Below are positions 10,247 to 20,476 of a stretch of DNA of 64,000 nt, in pieces; the stretch's first letter is position 1, and the number at the start of each line of letters is the position of its first letter. The notes under the pieces were generated by a model, which worked only from the letters and a program-made list of their open reading frames with translations, was not told the DNA's origin and made no database searches. This DNA is from a virus, in the IMG/VR virus record IMGVR_UViG_3300027977_000007; one strand, written 5' to 3'. The translations under genes were made by a program, and so were the position numbers.

Positions 10247-11683
10247 ATGAGCATAGTTGAGAAAAAGAAAAAAGTATTTGGTAATATCGCTGCGATAAAA
10301 ACGCTAACCCAAGGTATGCCAAAGCTTAATTTAAGCTCATCGTTTTCATCCATTAATAATAGTGGTGATGCCATTACATTCTTAACGGATTTAATCAAAT
10401 CGTTGATTGGTTTTGAAGCCTTGGTAGAGGCTGTTGTTGATATTATAACCCATTCTTTACCAAAGGTTGAGCGTGAGGTTAAAAAAGCACTAAAGTTAGA
10501 ACTTAAGACCATTGTTAGTTGTGGTGTTGACCCAAGCTTACCATCATGGGTCAAATCAACAGCTATGTCATCAACTACAAATAACCTAGTTATTGAATTA
10601 AAAAAGGTAGACTTTGCAAATATATTACGTACTGACCCAAATTCGGTAGCTGGTAAGTTGATATATAATGACATTACAACACCATTAACCGCTAGCACCG
10701 ATTTTAATACATTCTTATACGGTGTCATTCAAGATGAGGGTCGTGTATATACTTGGAAAGATATCCTAAGCATACGATTTGATGCGGTTGGAACCATTAA
10801 TAGACCTAATAATTCCCTAACTATTAGTGCAGCACTACCATATGATACTAAGACTCTAACGGACCTTAACAATGACTTTATAGATAGCCTAGTATTATTT
10901 AATAGTGAAAATATTATAAATAAGATAATGGATATCATATACGGTTCAGTATCTAGCTTTATTGGTAAATCATTGAAACAACTTGAGAATGAAGTTAAGA
11001 TAAACGATATCGTTGATAAGATGGTTAATAACGTTAATGTTGGTTCTTTACCAGATTCAGCATTTTCATTTACCAAAGAGGAAACATATAAGCAACAAAA
11101 TACAGCGGCAGACCTTAAAAAGGGTGTGACGGAACTAAAGAACTCAACAACAATCCCATCTAGTGTACCAATTGGTGACCTAACTAATTTTACACAAAAT
11201 ATTCTTGCGGTTCAAACAACGATAGAAAAGAAGGATGTCATTAAAACTGGCCTTAATAATATGGCTACGTCTAGTGTAGGTAATGTTTCAGATGAAACTG
11301 ACAAGAATTCTGGTAAATTAAATTTTATTCAAAGAATAATAGAAACCCTAATCAAATCAGTTGTGAATATTGTTCTATCACCAAAGGTAATTATGGTATT
11401 TATACTTAACTATAAGATAGTATATGGGCCAAGTGCAACGTTTACAGATGGTGTTGATTTTATCAAGAAAAATAAAAATTTAATGACCCGAATTATGAAG
11501 GTTATTGGTGGGGAAATAATCAAGGTATTATTGGCAATTGCTCTAAAAGAAATTAGCGTATTAGTGGCTAAAGCAATGGCTAGAAAACAAAAAGAAAAAG
11601 CTGTACTTAAATTGGCTCAATTACAGAGTCTTGTTGGTATACCAGCAGATACAATAAAAAACTTAATTGATAACTTATTATAA
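10247..11683 (+). CDS. Hypothetical, putative virion/baseplate-associated protein
   Basis: 478-aa ORF in a late operon with a spike-like gene; function inferred from context only. Confidence 0.5.
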   Translation: MSIVEKKKKVFGNIAAIKTLTQGMPKLNLSSSFSSINNSGDAITFLTDLIKSLIGFEALVEAVVDIITHSLPKVEREVKKALKLELKTIVSCGVDPSLPSWVKSTAMSSTTNNLVIELKKVDFANILRTDPNSVAGKLIYNDITTPLTASTDFNTFLYGVIQDEGRVYTWKDILSIRFDAVGTINRPNNSLTISAALPYDTKTLTDLNNDFIDSLVLFNSENIINKIMDIIYGSVSSFIGKSLKQLENEVKINDIVDKMVNNVNVGSLPDSAFSFTKEETYKQQNTAADLKKGVTELKNSTTIPSSVPIGDLTNFTQNILAVQTTIEKKDVIKTGLNNMATSSVGNVSDETDKNSGKLNFIQRIIETLIKSVVNIVLSPKVIMVFILNYKIVYGPSATFTDGVDFIKKNKNLMTRIMKVIGGEIIKVLLAIALKEISVLVAKAMARKQKEKAVLKLAQLQSLVGIPADTIKNLIDNLL

Positions 11684-12114
11684 TGGCAGAAGAAAAACCA
11701 ATACCAAGTTCAGGATTTAACATTTCATCGGTTAACGGATTGCTAAATGTAATATTAAGTGCGTTTAAGATACCAGACACACCAGTAGAACCACTACCAC
11801 CACCATTAGTCATGGTAGGTGCTAAATTGAGAACTGGACTCTCACCACAGACAATAGCGGCCAATATAATTAGCAAGCAATCTAATTCTGGTAGAGTTGT
11901 TGGTGATGTGTTTGCAGATGGGCCAAATGTAGAAGAAGCTATGGAGTTAATCAGGGTACAAGAAATTATCAACGCAATACTTAACGATGCTAAGGTAGAT
12001 GTAGTTATACCGCCTGGGATTGCTGTAACTACCGTTGGTGCTAGTCCATTAGGACCAGTAGTATCACAAGGCGTAACAATAACAATGGGTATCGGTGACG
12101 GTATTATACGTTAA
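11683..12114 (+). CDS. Hypothetical, putative baseplate-associated protein
   Basis: 143-aa ORF, Gly/Pro-rich C-terminus, translationally coupled. Confidence 0.5.
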   Translation: MAEEKPIPSSGFNISSVNGLLNVILSAFKIPDTPVEPLPPPLVMVGAKLRTGLSPQTIAANIISKQSNSGRVVGDVFADGPNVEEAMELIRVQEIINAILNDAKVDVVIPPGIAVTTVGASPLGPVVSQGVTITMGIGDGIIR

Positions 12115-12125
12115 ATTTATAAACA

Positions 12126-12308
12126 ATGAATGATTTAGAATCAAAATCAAATAATGACATTTTATTAGAAATAAAACAAATCGAGGCTGACCATGAGGCA
12201 TTAAAGCTAACTATGTTGAAAGACTTAGATAGGCTTTTTGAATTGGAAGCTAGATTCGAACGTGCAAATCAAATAATATTAAATAGATTAAAAGGTACTA
12301 ATGCTTAA
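12126..12308 (+). CDS. Hypothetical small coiled-coil protein
   Basis: 60-aa ORF overlapping the next start. Confidence 0.6.
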   Translation: MNDLESKSNNDILLEIKQIEADHEALKLTMLKDLDRLFELEARFERANQIILNRLKGTNA

Positions 12309-13302
12309 TAGTTCATCAAAATCATATAGAGAAAATGGTAACCTATACGCTAATACAAGTATAACACAAAATATAAAGTATGGTGTTGTAAAAGCATTAG
12401 AAAATGAAGGTGGCCCATTGGTTAACAAAGGCTTAGGACGCATCAAGGTGTTCCTAAAGGGTTCTATCGTTACTGGTGGTGATGATGGTACCGCAGAAGC
12501 GGATTTGCCATGGTGTTTTCCATTGTTACCCAAGCACCTATCGGTTCAACCTAAGATTGGTGAGGTTGTGCTTGTTATGGTATTTAACAATAATCGTCAA
12601 CATGCTGATAGATTGTATATAGGTCCAATCATTTCACAACTACCATTATTAAATAAAGACCCGTATGAGTTCTCAGCACTGGCTGGATTTACCTTTGGTC
12701 CAGCTGAACCTAACGTAAACCCAAGTCAAATAACTGAGTTAAATGGTGTATTCCCAAATCCTTCAGATGTATCGATACAAGGCAGATACAATACCGATAT
12801 TACACAAAAGGATAACGAAATTATTATAAGAGCTGGTAAATTTGAAACAGTAACGCCAACGCCTAATAATCCTTATCAAATTAGATTTAATAGCGCAACT
12901 CAAGGATATATTCAAATAAAAAATGATGTTATAACCGTACAGAGTTCTGATAAAACACAACAAAAGAAAGGTACAATAACAAATATTGTATCAAATAAGA
13001 TTAACTTATTGACTCATGTTGATGGTAGTCCACGGTTTAATTTAACTAATCAAGATAATTTAATTAGTGATGAAGAACAAGACCTAATCAATCAAACGGC
13101 CCATCAACTACCATTTGGTGATGTTCTATTAGAATATTTATTATTGTTAAAAGATGCTTTGTTTCTACACGTACATAATGGTAATGGTAATCCAGCAACG
13201 GATTTAACCGTATCAGGTAATAAACAAGCGCTAGCTGTATTCAAATCTAAAGCAAACCAATTAGAACAATCGATGCTATCAAAAAATATTAGAATAAACT
13301 AA
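12301..13302 (+). CDS. Baseplate hub/spike protein (gp5/VgrG/gpV-like OB fold)
   Basis: GLGRIKV, LPWCFPL, PKIGEVVLV, LYIGP OB-fold motifs; C-terminal HVH metal-binding apex motif. Confidence 0.7.
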   Translation: MLNSSSKSYRENGNLYANTSITQNIKYGVVKALENEGGPLVNKGLGRIKVFLKGSIVTGGDDGTAEADLPWCFPLLPKHLSVQPKIGEVVLVMVFNNNRQHADRLYIGPIISQLPLLNKDPYEFSALAGFTFGPAEPNVNPSQITELNGVFPNPSDVSIQGRYNTDITQKDNEIIIRAGKFETVTPTPNNPYQIRFNSATQGYIQIKNDVITVQSSDKTQQKKGTITNIVSNKINLLTHVDGSPRFNLTNQDNLISDEEQDLINQTAHQLPFGDVLLEYLLLLKDALFLHVHNGNGNPATDLTVSGNKQALAVFKSKANQLEQSMLSKNIRIN

Positions 13303-13332
13303 TTTTTTTGATATTTATATATAAAAGAAATT

Positions 13333-14739
13333 ATGGTTATTAGAACCTTTTTTGATAAGAATAATACTATCGTTAGTAATAGAAATGTTAATACTGGTCT
13401 AAACCCAGTAACTGAATTATTTTATGGTGGTTCTATAGGTGAACAAACATATAGCCGATTTTTGTTTCATTTTGATGAAACAAGATTAAAAGCATTATAT
13501 ACTGGTGGCACTTATACTGACTTAACTAAGCTAAGACATACGCTTAGAATGACCAATACTGGTTCGTTTGATACTGAATTGCTTAATACATCAGTTGCTG
13601 GTAAACGTAGAACATCATCATTTGACCTTATCTTATTTAAGATACAACAACCTTGGGATAATGGTGTTGGTTATGATTATGAAATACCATTATTAGTAAA
13701 TGGTGAATCAGCATACTATAACGGCCCATCAAATTGGGTAGAAGCACAAACAGGTATTTCTTGGTCTGGTGGTACTGGCGTATATTCTGGTAGTCCTTCT
13801 GGCATAACCGTAACAACCCAACACTTCGATAAGGGTAATGAAAATATTGAAATGGACGTTACCGACTATGTAAATGGCCTATTAACAGGTAATACCAATA
13901 ATGGTCTAGGTATTGCTTTCGATAGAGGTTACGAAGAATTAAATACTATAACCCCACAATATGTTGGTTTCTTTACCAATAACACTCAAACGTTCTATGA
14001 ACCATTTATTGAAACAATATATGATAACTATATAACTGATGATAGAAATAATTTCTTTTTAGATAAGCCAAATAAACTTTACCTATATGTAAATATAGCT
14101 GGTAACCCAACTAACCTAGATGCTAAACCAAGCGTAAATATCTATAATTATAATAATGTATTGGTTAGCGCTTTTACCTCTTCAAATGTAAATCATGTAA
14201 CGCTTGGTGTATATTCTATAGATTTAACCATACCAACTAATTCAAGCAACGTAGAGACGATGTATTCAGACGTGTGGACTGGTATTACCATTAATGGTGT
14301 GAACAGGGCTAATATTAGCTTAAACTTCGTTGTAAAGGATTCTATGGGTTATTATAGTATAGGTGATAACTTCATGCTGCCACAAAAGGTAGCCGTTAAC
14401 ATTTCTGGTATACAAAATAAAGAACGCATTAAGCGTGGTGATGTACGTAAGGTTATCGTATCAGCTAGAATACCCTATACCGTAGAACAAACACAAAATA
14501 TTTCAGGTCTTAAGTATCGCTTATATGTTACCGAAGGTACCAGTCAATTAACCGTAATTGATTGGGAATCAATTGAAATGGCAAATAATTATTATTATTT
14601 CTTATTGGATACTGAAAGTCTAATCCCTAATACTTATTATATTGATGTTCAATCAACAACTGGACAAGAAGTTACAACACTTAAAAATGTACTTCAATTT
14701 GATATCATTAGTCAAGTAGAATTAAGAGGACGTTTATAA
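13333..14739 (+). CDS. Putative virion structural protein
   Basis: 468-aa beta-rich ORF rich in T/N/G, behind the late motif. Confidence 0.55.
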   Translation: MVIRTFFDKNNTIVSNRNVNTGLNPVTELFYGGSIGEQTYSRFLFHFDETRLKALYTGGTYTDLTKLRHTLRMTNTGSFDTELLNTSVAGKRRTSSFDLILFKIQQPWDNGVGYDYEIPLLVNGESAYYNGPSNWVEAQTGISWSGGTGVYSGSPSGITVTTQHFDKGNENIEMDVTDYVNGLLTGNTNNGLGIAFDRGYEELNTITPQYVGFFTNNTQTFYEPFIETIYDNYITDDRNNFFLDKPNKLYLYVNIAGNPTNLDAKPSVNIYNYNNVLVSAFTSSNVNHVTLGVYSIDLTIPTNSSNVETMYSDVWTGITINGVNRANISLNFVVKDSMGYYSIGDNFMLPQKVAVNISGIQNKERIKRGDVRKVIVSARIPYTVEQTQNISGLKYRLYVTEGTSQLTVIDWESIEMANNYYYFLLDTESLIPNTYYIDVQSTTGQEVTTLKNVLQFDIISQVELRGRL

Positions 14740-14740
14740 T

Positions 14741-15046
14741 ATGAAAGAGCAAATAAAAAACCTATTAAGAGAAGGATTACTTCAAAATAAAGGATTAGAA
14801 ACAGCTTGCAATACAATGAGCGTGGCATCATATAAAGAAGGTATTGCTTTAATTATTAGTGCTATTGGTACACCAGAGCAAAATCCATCAATGTGGAAGC
14901 GTATCGAGCGACCAATTAAAAACTGGCGAGATGCGGATAAATTAATTAGTCATGAAATTAAAACCAAGCGTATGTCTGGTGATTCAATGGTTGATGAGTC
15001 TAATACTTGGTGGTCTGCTGTTCAATCAACTATTTGTCCTAAATAA
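14741..15046 (+). CDS. Hypothetical protein with N-terminal IKNLLREGL tag
   Basis: Tag shared with several other ORFs. Confidence 0.65.
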   Translation: MKEQIKNLLREGLLQNKGLETACNTMSVASYKEGIALIISAIGTPEQNPSMWKRIERPIKNWRDADKLISHEIKTKRMSGDSMVDESNTWWSAVQSTICPK

Positions 15047-15060
15047 TTTTTTTGATTTAC

Positions 15061-15092
15061 TTGACAATTATTAATTTTATTAGTATATTTAT
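15061..15092 (+). promoter_or_regulatory. Promoter region (TTGACA plus ATATTTAT late motif)
   Basis: ttgaca at 15061; atatttat at 15085. Confidence 0.5.
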
Positions 15093-15095
15093 CAT

Positions 15096-15165
15096 TACAT
15101 TAGCTCAAGTATCAGTCCCGACCAATAAAATGGTTTAGAGTTGTTAACGCAACAAAGGTATTGGT
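15096..15165 (+). promoter_or_regulatory. Structured 5' leader
   Basis: accaata/tattggt stem enclosing a gttg-ttaacg-caac hairpin; 15096-15110 is complementary to 16036-16050. Confidence 0.55.
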
Positions 15166-15196
15166 ACAATAACAATAAATTAAAAAGTTAATAAAC

Positions 15197-16027
15197 ATGA
15201 CACAAAAAATGATGGCACCTAATGTGCCAACGGCAAATATTGCTGTAAACAAATCTCGTATTAAATTATACGACAAGAATGTAGAAGTACCAACTTACTA
15301 CTTGAAAAAAGGCCAAGAATTTCAAATTGAATTGGCAAACATGACTACCGATGTAGTCTTAGCAAAAATAATACTTAATGGTAAATCTTTATCTCAAGGT
15401 GGTCTGGTATTAAACCCAGGTCAGAGAGTCTTCTTGGACAGATACTTAGACGTAGCCAAAAAGTTCTTATTTGATACGTATGATGTGTCAAATACACAAG
15501 AAGTTAAAGATGCTATTAGAGATAATGGTGATATTAAGGTAGAATTCTATCGAGAAAATATCAACACCTATCAATCACCAATCGTTATTAGACCACTTGA
15601 TTACACTTATCATCCTGATATTATAAGATATAATACTTATACATCAAATACTTATTGTGCCTCACAACCAGTGTTTGGTCGACCAAACACTAATGATAAC
15701 ACCACACTAACAAGTACCTTAGGGGGTTATTCGTCTGGTCAGATTTTAACTTCGGCTTTATCAGCTAATAACTCACCACTTAGAGGGGTGTCAAAATCAC
15801 TTGAAACTGGACGAGTTGAAAAGGGTTCTGACTCCAATCAAGAATTAACATCGGTTAATAAATCATTCTATTATCTACCATTCCATACGGTAACGTATAA
15901 ACTATTACCAATATCGCAAAAGATTAATACCCTTGAGGATATTAATGTAAAAAGATATTGCACATCTTGCGGTGCTAAGGTCGGTAAAACTGATAGGTTT
16001 TGCAGTCAGTGTGGGGCCAAAGCGTAA
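15197..16027 (+). CDS. Hypothetical protein with C-terminal zinc ribbon
   Basis: CTSCG...FCSQCG at the C-terminus. Confidence 0.75.
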   Translation: MTQKMMAPNVPTANIAVNKSRIKLYDKNVEVPTYYLKKGQEFQIELANMTTDVVLAKIILNGKSLSQGGLVLNPGQRVFLDRYLDVAKKFLFDTYDVSNTQEVKDAIRDNGDIKVEFYRENINTYQSPIVIRPLDYTYHPDIIRYNTYTSNTYCASQPVFGRPNTNDNTTLTSTLGGYSSGQILTSALSANNSPLRGVSKSLETGRVEKGSDSNQELTSVNKSFYYLPFHTVTYKLLPISQKINTLEDINVKRYCTSCGAKVGKTDRFCSQCGAKA

Positions 16028-16052
16028 ATAAAATAACTTGAGTTAATGTATA

Positions 16053-16080
16053 AAAAAAAGGAGCATAATGCTCCTTTTTT
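16053..16080. terminator. Bidirectional intrinsic terminator
   Basis: A-run, ggagca-taa-tgctcc, T-run between convergent genes. Confidence 0.85.
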
Positions 16081-16564
16081 ATTTGCTTATAATTTGTTGT
16101 ATGTCATCAAAACTAACTGAATCATTTATATACCAGAATCTATCAGCATCTCTAAAAGTATCTTCACCATCAAAACCATTTCCTAAGATATAATTAGATG
16201 ACCTAAATAAATACAAATCTTGACTATTATTATCCTTATGGTGCCATGCTATGTCAGTAATCTCATCTAGGGCTTTATTAAATGTTTCTTCATTATTAAA
16301 ACCGTAACCACTTAAACCCCACTCTGGGTCAGAATTCCACATTCCACTAACAGGGTCTTCTTTTGGTTCACTTTCTAAATACACACCTTTAGATTTTCTT
16401 TCTTCATAATCAGCCATTGCTTCCTCATAGGTATCGTACCAAGCTTGCATATGTCCACTAAAATTACGTTCTATATCATTTTCTGGTGAATCAGTCCAAC
16501 GTAAAAATAGCATCGTATCCTTATTTAAACCCTCTCTTAATAGCTTTCTTATAAGAACTTTCAT
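16079..16564 (-). CDS. Hypothetical protein with N-terminal IRKLLREGL tag
   Basis: Tag motif; acidic 161-aa body. Confidence 0.7.
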   Translation of the reverse strand: MKVLIRKLLREGLNKDTMLFLRWTDSPENDIERNFSGHMQAWYDTYEEAMADYEERKSKGVYLESEPKEDPVSGMWNSDPEWGLSGYGFNNEETFNKALDEITDIAWHHKDNNSQDLYLFRSSNYILGNGFDGEDTFRDADRFWYINDSVSFDDIQQIISK

Positions 16565-16755
16565 TTTTTATACTTAATAATATTATCTTTATTTGAATTT
16601 TTATCAAATTCATCTTTATCTATAAATTCCCACATATTATTTTCAGCCTTTCTTTTATAGTATAAATTAGAACCATCAATATCTCTAATTTGATATTCAA
16701 ATTTGGATTCAACTAATAAACCCTCTCTTAATAGCTTTTTTATATGTTCTTTCAT
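16561..16755 (-). CDS. Hypothetical protein with N-terminal IKKLLREGL tag
   Basis: Tag motif; late motif at 16760. Confidence 0.7.
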   Translation of the reverse strand: MKEHIKKLLREGLLVESKFEYQIRDIDGSNLYYKRKAENNMWEFIDKDEFDKNSNKDNIIKYKK

Positions 16756-16802
16756 ACTAATAAATATGTTGAACCTTTAGATAAATTATCTTCAGCCCAT
16801 AA
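16752..16802 (-). pseudogene. Relic 3' end of an HNH endonuclease gene
   Basis: Translates LWAEDNLSKGSTYLLV*, matching the usual (NLQP)LWAxxNxxK terminus of the family of ORF 57394-58008. Confidence 0.5.
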
Positions 16803-16813
16803 TTATTAAACGC

Positions 16814-18406
16814 TTACATTATCAATTCGTACTTAAATAAACCACAATCCCATATTCTATCATAACCTAATTCGCTAGTCAATTCTTTCTCCGTTTTATT
16901 AAAATCCATATTAGGGTATTTTTTCCTTATAGCGTTTTTACCAAAACCAAATTTGTGAAATCGTTTATGTTTATCTACTTTTGAATTATAATAGCAATAA
17001 TTGGGTTTAACCAAACCAACTAGTTTAAACCCAATATTTGTGTAAAGGTTGTTATTTACATCAAGCGTCCAACGCCTATCAGCAAAACTAATTATATTTT
17101 TAGGTGAATAATCGTTTATAAATTGTTTTATGAATTTAGATGCCAACCCACTAATAATATAATTTTGCTTTGTTGCATATCTAGTTAATTCATATTCACC
17201 ATCGTTAGTTTTTGTCATGTTACGCTTATTTGAAAAAGTCATTACACCTACTAATTCATTATTATAATAAGCCCCATAATTTATTGTTGAGTTATCATTA
17301 CCTTGGATATGGTTTTCTTTTAAAAATAACCCTTTTTCTTTCCCGTTAATTATCTTGACCTTAACGTTTCTACCACCTATTTTAATACCATCATTTATTT
17401 TTAATATGTGCTTTAATTTATTTTTAACTAATTCCTTATTAAGAACCCATTCATCCTCAAAAATATGTATTAATTTAATACCTATTTTCTCACAAGCCAT
17501 TGTTTTATCTAAATGATAAGTAGAGTTTTTACCCATTTTTTCGGTGTGATAATATAATCCATTATATTCTATACCTAATTTAATTTTAGGTATTATTAAA
17601 TCTATCTCTTTACCGTTCAATAGTTTTCTATTTTTGCTCTTCTCAACACTAAAACCTAATTCTTCAATAAACTTTTTTATTTCAATTTCACCCTTTGATG
17701 TCCAGCTTGGTTTCATATTAATATTAGTTATTTTTATATTGTTTCTAAAAATAACAGACGATGATTCAGATATTAATTTATTATTAGGAAATAATAATTT
17801 ATAGTCATTACTACTAATATTGTGTTTAGTTTTTAAATGTGTATTTGATATAAGTTTCATTTTTTTTCCACATAAATTACAAACAACATAATTTTTTTCG
17901 TCAAGGAATAACTCTTCTCTTTCTTTATTTTTTATTGTGGTTTTAAATATGTGTTCTATATTTATTTCTTTATCCTTTTCAACAATATCAAAATATACCT
18001 CAAACCATTTTTTATTATTAACTAATTCATATTTTTTTCGTTGATAAGTGTTAGACGGAATTTTAATATCACCATAGGTATTTAAAATATGTCTAGTTAA
18101 TGTCCCAGATAAATTATTTGGGTCATCAAACTCTATTTTTGTTTTTTTACAAATGGCAACTAATTTTTTATTGGAATTATTTATTGAATACAGTTTAGTG
18201 TTAGATTTTTCAATATCATGACTATTACCAATTTTAACTTGCCCACCCTTTTTATTAATCGCTATAGAATGCTCAGTTAAAATTAATCTAATCCTATCAT
18301 TACCAACTTTAAATAATTCACCAAGTTTATGTATACTAACTTTATCTTCTTCATATAATAAAATAATTTTTTTTATATCTTCTTCTGTTAGATTTGTTTT
18401 TGCCAT
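16814..18406 (-). CDS. Free-standing homing endonuclease (Hef-like, PD-(D/E)xK/Vsr-like) with HTH and zinc finger
   Basis: SKGEIEI, EIDLII, GIEYNGLYYH, IHIFEDEW, ISFADRRW, RIWDCG, CNLCG..H; very AT-rich; own promoter; likely start MAKTNL at 18406. Confidence 0.75.
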   Translation of the reverse strand: MAKTNLTEEDIKKIILLYEEDKVSIHKLGELFKVGNDRIRLILTEHSIAINKKGGQVKIGNSHDIEKSNTKLYSINNSNKKLVAICKKTKIEFDDPNNLSGTLTRHILNTYGDIKIPSNTYQRKKYELVNNKKWFEVYFDIVEKDKEINIEHIFKTTIKNKEREELFLDEKNYVVCNLCGKKMKLISNTHLKTKHNISSNDYKLLFPNNKLISESSSVIFRNNIKITNINMKPSWTSKGEIEIKKFIEELGFSVEKSKNRKLLNGKEIDLIIPKIKLGIEYNGLYYHTEKMGKNSTYHLDKTMACEKIGIKLIHIFEDEWVLNKELVKNKLKHILKINDGIKIGGRNVKVKIINGKEKGLFLKENHIQGNDNSTINYGAYYNNELVGVMTFSNKRNMTKTNDGEYELTRYATKQNYIISGLASKFIKQFINDYSPKNIISFADRRWTLDVNNNLYTNIGFKLVGLVKPNYCYYNSKVDKHKRFHKFGFGKNAIRKKYPNMDFNKTEKELTSELGYDRIWDCGLFKYELIM

Positions 18407-18503
18407 ATTTTTTATTTTATACAAAGATACCAAATTAAAACCATAACGTCAAGTTTCAATCCGTTTAATTTTAATCCAAATATATTTTAAATATGCTTAA
18501 AAA

Positions 18504-18534
18504 CAAAAAAGCCATACAAAAATGTATGGCTTTT
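18504..18534 (-). terminator. Terminator after major capsid gene
   Basis: gccataca/tgtatggc stem with a U-run on the minus strand. Confidence 0.8.
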
Positions 18535-18555
18535 AAGTTATTGATTTACAATAAA

Positions 18556-20448
18556 TTATCTCAATTCAGCAACGTTAAACGTTGGTACACCATCTACACG
18601 GATAGCTCCGTAAAAGCGGTTATTTACCATTTTTTTAGCGTAACGTGTCATGATACCCTTAACTGGGGCAAAGTTAAACGGATTGTACATAGTTGGTGTA
18701 AGTTGCAAAGGCACGTATGGTGCGTAGATGTAACCTGTATCCAACAATGATTTACCTTTGTGACCGATGATGATTGAGTATGCTGGTGCATAAGGGTCAC
18801 GGTACACTTGGTAACGTCCGCTTAATGTACCGATTCTCTCAATACCCATGTTGTATTGGTCTTGCTCAGGGTTAGCATCACTTACGTGGAAGTATTCCAA
18901 ATCATCAAATATCGCTGAAATTTCAGAAGATACTACGATAATGTTAGCACCACCACGAAGAGTTGACTTGTGGATTTGAGCACTAGTTTGGTTTACTCTT
19001 GTGATAAGAGTTTGATTCCAGTCTTTTTGTGTGTAAGGACTTGCAGCAGAAGAAGCTCTTCTCCAACCGTTATAATCCCAACGTAATTGCCATGCAGAAC
19101 CTGTACGCAAATCTCTAAGGATTTCACGGTCAATTTCAGCAGCAACTTGTTCTGACAACATAGCTGTCAATTCAGCTTCAGCATCAATGTTGTGGAATGC
19201 ACTAACGTCTTGAGCCAATTCTGGTGACCATGTTGCACGTAATTTACGTTCTTCAACACTTACTACTACTTCGTCAAGTCTAAATGAAACTTCACCAAGT
19301 TCTGTTTCCAATTCAAGAGAAGCGTATTCAGCCCATCCAAAAACAAGACCAGCAGTAGTTGTAATCGCTGATACAGTTGTTGCAGAAGCACCAACATAAC
19401 CATCATAAGTTTCAGTACCAGCTACGGCAACACCGCTTGCAGTGGTACCAACTGGGTGACGTAAGTCAACCTCAACATACATTACATTACTAGAATTCGC
19501 TGCACCAGTTTTTGTACCTTGAACGATAGCCTTACCGTATTGTTGTGTAACTACACGGAATGGCACCTTACTACCACCAACAACAATTTTATTACCATCA
19601 CTATCTAAGATAGCATTAGTAGTAACACATTGTAATGAAGCCAAGAATGACTCAGTATCCATGTTGTTACCGTCTGGGCCAGTCAATACTCCACGGCCAT
19701 TAGTACCAGCACCACCACTGAAACCAGACATTGTTAAAAGAACAGTTCTAACTGAACCATCAGTTGCTCTTGGGAAAGAAGCTGATGGGGTCAATACTGT
19801 AAAAGTACCGTCAGAATTTAAAATGTTAGCGTTTGCATTAGTAATCGCATAGGTTTTCATTGTAAGAGTACCTTTAGAGTTATCGAACAAACCATCATCA
19901 TAGAATGCATCATACAAGTTTTTAGCTTGCATTTGAGTCAACTTAACACCGTTAGTAGAAACGATAGCTGGAACAGCAGCAGAAGTTGCAGAACCATCAT
20001 GCTCACCGTTAAGACCAGTGTGTGCTGAGTATTGTGTTCCATAAGTGGCATCAGTTGATGATACACCATTGTAGTTGCTACCAGCAACAGCTGGGTTAGC
20101 ACCGTTAACACGGCTAGATGTTTGTGGAACGAAGTAGAACAATTTACCAATTGGCATGTTCATAGCTTGAACCGATACGATATCATTCGCTAATAATTTA
20201 GAGAAAACTCTACGTACAATTGGGAATACAACTGTTTCGAAAGAACCAGATGATGTCGCTGTTGTGCTTTCGCTCAACAATTGAGAAGCTTGGTTCTCAT
20301 ACAATTGTGCAACGTTTTCTTTAACGTGGCCTTTTAGACCTTCTAGGAAGCCTAAGCTTTCCCATTTTGCTTGGGTTTCTTGACGGATAGCCTTCATGTG
20401 GTTCAATCCGATGTTACCAACTTGTCCAGATGTTAATAAATGTGACAT
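18556..20448 (-). CDS. gp23: Major capsid protein, T4 gp23-like
   Basis: RKLRATWSPELAQD, HNIDAEAEL, EIDREIL, YAPYVPL, GIMTRYA. Confidence 0.97.
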   Translation of the reverse strand: MSHLLTSGQVGNIGLNHMKAIRQETQAKWESLGFLEGLKGHVKENVAQLYENQASQLLSESTTATSSGSFETVVFPIVRRVFSKLLANDIVSVQAMNMPIGKLFYFVPQTSSRVNGANPAVAGSNYNGVSSTDATYGTQYSAHTGLNGEHDGSATSAAVPAIVSTNGVKLTQMQAKNLYDAFYDDGLFDNSKGTLTMKTYAITNANANILNSDGTFTVLTPSASFPRATDGSVRTVLLTMSGFSGGAGTNGRGVLTGPDGNNMDTESFLASLQCVTTNAILDSDGNKIVVGGSKVPFRVVTQQYGKAIVQGTKTGAANSSNVMYVEVDLRHPVGTTASGVAVAGTETYDGYVGASATTVSAITTTAGLVFGWAEYASLELETELGEVSFRLDEVVVSVEERKLRATWSPELAQDVSAFHNIDAEAELTAMLSEQVAAEIDREILRDLRTGSAWQLRWDYNGWRRASSAASPYTQKDWNQTLITRVNQTSAQIHKSTLRGGANIIVVSSEISAIFDDLEYFHVSDANPEQDQYNMGIERIGTLSGRYQVYRDPYAPAYSIIIGHKGKSLLDTGYIYAPYVPLQLTPTMYNPFNFAPVKGIMTRYAKKMVNNRFYGAIRVDGVPTFNVAELR

Positions 20449-20476
20449 ATTTGTTTAGTTTTATTTTTTGGTTATT

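Noticed and set aside
15100-15170. tRNA-like start (TAGCTCAAGT)
   Set aside because: No T-arm (GTTCRA) or cloverleaf. I found no tRNA gene in the window by eye.
15096-16050. Flanking inverted repeat as IS ends or retron a1/a2 arms
   Set aside because: No transposase or reverse transcriptase motifs in or near the enclosed ORF, and no target duplication seen.
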